Below are positions 59,856-64,000 of a stretch of 64,000 nt of DNA, one piece after another (position 1 is the stretch's first letter; each line of letters starts with the position of its first letter). The translations under genes and the position numbers were made by a program. Below the pieces are notes generated by a model. It did no database searches. It was not told the origin of the DNA and saw nothing but the letters and a program-made list of their open reading frames with translations. Origin of the DNA: an uncultured bacterium (GTDB lineage Bacteria; Hydrothermota; UBA3072); assembly GCA_964418485.1 (NCBI GenBank), contig CAYQMH010000001.1, forward strand, positions 29,237 through 93,236, in the 5' to 3' direction.

Positions 59856-61580
59856 TTAGTTATCTGCATTTTGTATCTCATCTAATTCTTTTAGCAGTGA
59901 TTCCAATTCTTTGTTTACTTCATTAAGTAGTTTTTTTAGCATTTTTTCTGAAAAATCAAATTTTATGCCTATTGCTTCGTAAAGTTCAGGTAGTGGTTTT
60001 GATCCGCCGAGAGATAGACCTTTTATATATTCATTAATTGTTCGCTGCGGATCTTTTTTGTAGTTTACCCATAACTGCAGTGCCCCAAGCTGTGCGAGGG
60101 CGTATTCAATATAATAAAAGGGATATCTAAATATATGTATTATTCTAATCCAGCTGTATGAATTAGAAAAATCACTTCCGGTGTAATCTATATGTGGCAG
60201 GAATGTTTTAACCAAATCTTCCCATTTCTTGATTAGGGATACTCTATTAACATTCTTTTCGGTGTAAAGCCAGTGCTGGAAAAGATCTACAATAGATATC
60301 CAGGAGAAAAGCGATAATATTCGCTCCAGATGACGGATTTTAGCACGCAGTATATCTTCTTTTTTCTCGTAAAATATATTCCAGTGATTCATTGTGATAA
60401 GTTCCATCGACATAGAAGCAACTTCGCAGATTTCAAGTGGAGGATGGTGGTATTCTTCTAAAGGTTGTTCGTTATAGGCGAACAGATGAAATGCGTGGCC
60501 GGACTCATGAAGTAAGGTCATAACGTCTTCATGTATACCTACTGAATTCATAAATATGAAGGGGAGTTCTGTCTCGGGAAGGTCTGACATATACCCTCCG
60601 GGAGCTTTCCCTTTACGGCTTTCGAGATCCATCATTTTGTTTTTTTTCATTAAGCTAACTTTTTCCCCCAGTTCCGGATGAATTCTTTTAAAAACTTCTA
60701 TAGTTTTATTAAGAAGTTCTTTAGAGTTGGAAAAAGGCTGTAAGGTTTTTTTGCCGTAAATATCTGCGTATATATCCCAGGGTTTTACGCTGTTAATTCC
60801 TAATATCTTTTTCCGTCTTTCTATTATCGTATTTGCAAAGGGGATGATGGTTTTTTTAATGTTTTCATGGAATAAAAAACAATCATCAGGTGTATAATAA
60901 AAGCGTTCAAATTCTTCAAATTTATAATCTCTGTAGTTTTTGAAATTAGCGTTTTTGGAAATCTTGTTCCTGATTTTTATCTGTTTTTGAAAAATATTAT
61001 AAATTTTGGCTACATCTTTTTTTCTCTCTTTCCAAAGAACATTGTAAGCTTCTTTCCTTGTTTTTCTTTCCTGCTCTTCCATAAATTTAAACATTTGCTC
61101 GGAGGTATAATTTTTACCTCTGAAAGAAAACGTCATATTACCCATTATTTCCGAATATTTATTTGCGAGTTCTTCCTCTTGTTTTTCCAATTCCACGTTT
61201 TCTTTTCTGAATAATTTATGATGATTTTTTAAATGCCGTATATAAATTTTGTATTTGGGAGAGGAAAGAGGAAATTTCTTATTATTTTCCAGAATCTTTT
61301 CATGAATTTTAAATATGTATTCCTTAGATTTAGGTTCGATTTTTGTTATGAAATTTATATATTCTTCCTGCATCTTTTTATTATTGGTATGACAGGTCGA
61401 ATTGATGAATGCCCTGCTGCTTTTTTCAGAAAGTACTATTTTCATTTCGTTTAAGTCGGCAATAAGTTTCTCTAGTTTCTTACGAGAGTCTATCTCTCTA
61501 TCCAGAAGAGATTTGAACAGTTTCTCTAAGTTATCAAAAGATTGCCAGGATATACTCTCTGGAACAAATTTTCTTTTCAT
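59856..61580 (-). CDS. pepF: Oligoendopeptidase F (M3B family zinc metallopeptidase)
   Basis: The 574-aa ORF has HESGHAFH (HExxH) and a downstream Glu. Its length and architecture match PepF. Confidence 0.85.
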   Translation of the reverse strand: MKRKFVPESISWQSFDNLEKLFKSLLDREIDSRKKLEKLIADLNEMKIVLSEKSSRAFINSTCHTNNKKMQEEYINFITKIEPKSKEYIFKIHEKILENNKKFPLSSPKYKIYIRHLKNHHKLFRKENVELEKQEEELANKYSEIMGNMTFSFRGKNYTSEQMFKFMEEQERKTRKEAYNVLWKERKKDVAKIYNIFQKQIKIRNKISKNANFKNYRDYKFEEFERFYYTPDDCFLFHENIKKTIIPFANTIIERRKKILGINSVKPWDIYADIYGKKTLQPFSNSKELLNKTIEVFKRIHPELGEKVSLMKKNKMMDLESRKGKAPGGYMSDLPETELPFIFMNSVGIHEDVMTLLHESGHAFHLFAYNEQPLEEYHHPPLEICEVASMSMELITMNHWNIFYEKKEDILRAKIRHLERILSLFSWISIVDLFQHWLYTEKNVNRVSLIKKWEDLVKTFLPHIDYTGSDFSNSYSWIRIIHIFRYPFYYIEYALAQLGALQLWVNYKKDPQRTINEYIKGLSLGGSKPLPELYEAIGIKFDFSEKMLKKLLNEVNKELESLLKELDEIQNADN

Positions 61581-61734
61581 TGTTTTATATTCGATTTCTT
61601 TTTTTTCATTTACCCTTTTTGTAATTTATTCGTTTATATGTTTTGTCAATGCTTTTTTGTTTCAAAGACTTTGAAACAAGTTGAATGGTTGAGATAAAAA
61701 AAATAATGCGCTCAATTTGTGTTCTCATGTGTAT

Positions 61735-61930
61735 TATGGTTTCGGGTTTTGAGTTTCGTGTTTCGAGTTGAAAAATAAACAAAAAGGAGGGGTTGTGGGG
61801 TGTAGCTCTGTGCTCTCTGTATTTAAATTGGGGTAATGGGGTTGTGAGTAAACAAAATAAAAATCTCTGTGTCCTCTGTGGTTAATTGTTTTTGTTCTTT
61901 GTGCCTTTGTGTCTTTGTGGTTAAATACAC
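61735..61930. repeat. Copy of composite repeat, ~85% identical over ~85 bp to 50400-50485
   Basis: tagctctgtgctctctgtatttaaattggggtaatggggttgtgagtaaacaaaataaaaatctctgtgtcctctgtggttaa...ctttgtgcctttgtgtctttgtgg. Confidence 0.7.
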
Positions 61931-61984
61931 TTGAAAAGTATCGGCAATAAGTTAAATTTAACAAAAGGAACAAAAGGAGGGAAA

Positions 61985-63760
61985 ATGTACAGAACAATTA
62001 TAATATTTTTAATATCCTTTGTTTTATTCGCAGAAGAGCCGGCTGTTTCTCCGCCTGTTTTATTGCAAGTCGAGGATTTTGGGGCTGTTAGCGATGATAA
62101 AATTTTGGATACAGAAGCTGTAAATAAGGCAATCGATTCCTGTTCTGCTCTTATTAACGGAACAGTTGTTTTTTCTAAGGGAACGTATCTATGCGGATCC
62201 ATTCGTTTGAAAAGCAATGTGGCGCTTCAAGTCGAAAAAGAAGCGAAAATACAGGCTGCCCCAAAGGGCATTGGGGCTTTCGATCCTCCTGGAGATAATT
62301 TATGGTATAAGTATCAGGATTTCGGGCAGAGTCATTTCCATAACGCTCTTGTTTGGGGAGATAGTGTTGAAAATATAACTATAAAAGGAGAAGGTGTAAT
62401 AAGCGGAACCGCATCTCTTTATAGGAACTCCGGAACCGGAGAAGGCGATAAGGCTATTTCGCTTAAGTTATGCAAAAATGTTGAAATAAAGGATATACTT
62501 ATCACCGACGGTGGATATTTGGCCATTCTGGCTACGAGATGTGATAGTATAAATATACATGATGTGAAAGTAAAAACCGGGATGAATGGTATAAGCCTTG
62601 TAGGTAGTAATAATGTTGAGTTGAAAAATTGTGAAGTGGAAGCTGGCAATGATGGAATTTCACTTAAATCAGATTATTCTTTAGGTCGCAAGCTAAATAG
62701 TAAAGATATTGAAATAAATAGTTGTGTAATTTCCGCGGGTGGTAATGCCTTGCAGCTTGGTCCGGAAACGGTCGGTGATTTTAAAAATGTGCAGATTTTA
62801 AATATCACAATAGAAAGAGCTGGTAATGTGGGTATAAGTGTTACTTCAAGTCATGGGGCTGTAGTTGACGGGGTTAATATTCAAAATGTTACTATGGAGA
62901 GTGTTGCTGTTCCTTTCTTTATTAATCTATCTAAAATTACAGGTGGATCTACTGATTCTCCCACCTTTGGTGATATTAGAAATCTCAGAATAAGTAATGT
63001 TGTTGTTAGAGATGCTTATGGCTACGGCAGTGGATGGGATTTTGCCAGTACAATTATGGGGAAATCCGGCAGGATGCTTGAGAATATTGTTCTCGAAAAC
63101 ATGAGAATGACTTACAAAGGAGGAGATTTGTCTTACCTTGGATTACAGGAAGATCCTGCTAAAATAAATCTTCCTGAAATAGAAGATTACAGGGCGGAGA
63201 GATATGGTCTCAGGCCGGCTTACGGCCTCTATTGCCGCCATATAAAGGACTTGAAAATACGAAATGTTTCCGTCGATTTCGAAGAAGAACACTCCAGACC
63301 GGCGATGATTTTGTCGGATATCGAAGGGGCGGTGATAAATCGATTTTATGCGGAAAGGTCGGCTATCAGAAATTATGATATAATCTTAGATAATGTTAGT
63401 GATTTTATGATAACCGGAAGTCCCGGGGTAGTGTACATAGAGAAAGAGGATTTTGTTCCTTTAGATAGTTTTAATGTTTCCGCTTTGCCTAATCCTAATT
63501 CGCAAGAAGTAGCCGCAAAACTTGGGGCTGGTATCCCGCCGACTTTGCTTTCGGATTTACCTATTGAGGTGATTGAAAAAATAAAGAAAGAGCTTGGAAT
63601 ACCTCCTACGATGCTAAGGGTTTTAGTGGGCGGGCAGATTGAAAAGGAAGAGAAAGGCGGAAAAGTTGTATATAATATCGAGGCCGAAAATACAAAAGGC
63701 GAAAAATACAGACTTAAAATTCAGAAAGACGGGAGCTTGTTGAGTAAGGAAAAAATTTAA
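61985..63760 (+). CDS. GH28-like (polygalacturonase/rhamnogalacturonase-type) parallel beta-helix glycoside hydrolase with extra C-terminal domain
   Basis: It has a signal peptide and a QVEDFGAVSDDKILDTEAVNKAID N-terminus typical of GH28. Beta-helix repeat motifs (NCEVEAGNDGISLKS, GGNALQLG) are present. RBS aaaggaggg precedes the ATG at 61985. Confidence 0.6.
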   Translation: MYRTIIIFLISFVLFAEEPAVSPPVLLQVEDFGAVSDDKILDTEAVNKAIDSCSALINGTVVFSKGTYLCGSIRLKSNVALQVEKEAKIQAAPKGIGAFDPPGDNLWYKYQDFGQSHFHNALVWGDSVENITIKGEGVISGTASLYRNSGTGEGDKAISLKLCKNVEIKDILITDGGYLAILATRCDSINIHDVKVKTGMNGISLVGSNNVELKNCEVEAGNDGISLKSDYSLGRKLNSKDIEINSCVISAGGNALQLGPETVGDFKNVQILNITIERAGNVGISVTSSHGAVVDGVNIQNVTMESVAVPFFINLSKITGGSTDSPTFGDIRNLRISNVVVRDAYGYGSGWDFASTIMGKSGRMLENIVLENMRMTYKGGDLSYLGLQEDPAKINLPEIEDYRAERYGLRPAYGLYCRHIKDLKIRNVSVDFEEEHSRPAMILSDIEGAVINRFYAERSAIRNYDIILDNVSDFMITGSPGVVYIEKEDFVPLDSFNVSALPNPNSQEVAAKLGAGIPPTLLSDLPIEVIEKIKKELGIPPTMLRVLVGGQIEKEEKGGKVVYNIEAENTKGEKYRLKIQKDGSLLSKEKI

Positions 63761-63764
63761 AAAA

Positions 63765-64000
63765 ATTACTAACCACAGAGACCACAGAGATTTTATTTTG
63801 TTAATACCTCCCGACTACCTCCCCGATTAAAACACGGAGAGCACAGAGTTTACACAACCCCACACTATAGTATTTTATCACAAAGAACACAGAGTTTTCA
63901 TTTCTTTTTTTTCTCTTTGTTTTATTAATTGAGTGCGGTGATTGGGTTTTAAACAACAAAATTTATTTTTTCTCTGTGGTCTCTGTGTGTTTGTTCTTTT
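63765..64000. repeat. Copy of composite repeat (reverse-orientation CACAGAG heptads, then forward GGTGATTGGGTTTTAAACAACAAAA...CTCTGTGGTCTCTGTG)
   Basis: aaccacagagaccacagagattttattttgtt...cacggagagcacagag...gagtgcggtgattgggttttaaacaacaaaatttattttttctctgtggtctctgtgtg. Confidence 0.65.

Overview
This 64 kb window is a gene-dense chromosomal segment of a low-GC bacterium, about 35-40% GC by eye. The gene content suggests a strict anaerobe of the FCB superphylum or a related candidate phylum (inference). The basis is three secreted proteins with T9SS/Por-type C-terminal sorting domains, a 2-oxoacid:ferredoxin oxidoreductase, NfnAB, rubrerythrin with superoxide reductase, and a membrane pyrophosphatase.

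From 5' to 3' the window holds:
- (1) a minus-strand glycan-phosphorylase operon: GH94, GH130, a GPH symporter, an SSS symporter, GH94.
- (2) hsp20 divergent from a small PAS-like protein.
- (3) a sulfur-relay / Fe-S biogenesis cluster: TusA, DsrE-like, an IscS-like desulfurase lacking the PLP lysine, IscU-DUF59, Nfu, Rrf2, Grx-like, and an FTR-rubredoxin fusion. ptsI follows.
- (4) a BNR/Big T9SS cargo.
- (5) a two-subunit OFOR plus D-LDH.
- (6) an oxidative-stress islet: ogg, mbfA, rbr, sor.
- (7) a GH3 beta-glucosidase.
- (8) a TonB-dependent receptor with a ZnuABC-like metal ABC importer and a methyltransferase.
- (9) rpiA, nfnAB, queH and asnS.
- (10) the conserved gap-pgk-tpiA-secG-rplU-rpmA block, in which L21 carries a long lysine-rich tail.
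- (11) unknown secreted proteins, an LVIVD-repeat T9SS cargo, a GC-rich GNAT gene that looks horizontally acquired, hppA, a HycI-like protease, a HAD hydrolase, an M3B oligoendopeptidase and a GH28-like hydrolase.

No tRNA or rRNA genes, CRISPR arrays, transposases or integrases are visible. The most striking sequence-level feature is a dispersed composite repeat family that sits in almost every larger intergenic region, in both orientations. It combines CTCTGTG / CACAAAG / TTCGTG heptad pairs, a G-rich GGGGTTGGGTTTTAAAC tract, and often a terminal TTGACA -35-like box. A second repeat family of tandem ~53-bp and ~70-bp units lies upstream of two operons. All product calls rest on motifs recognised by eye and should be confirmed by HMM or BLAST searches.
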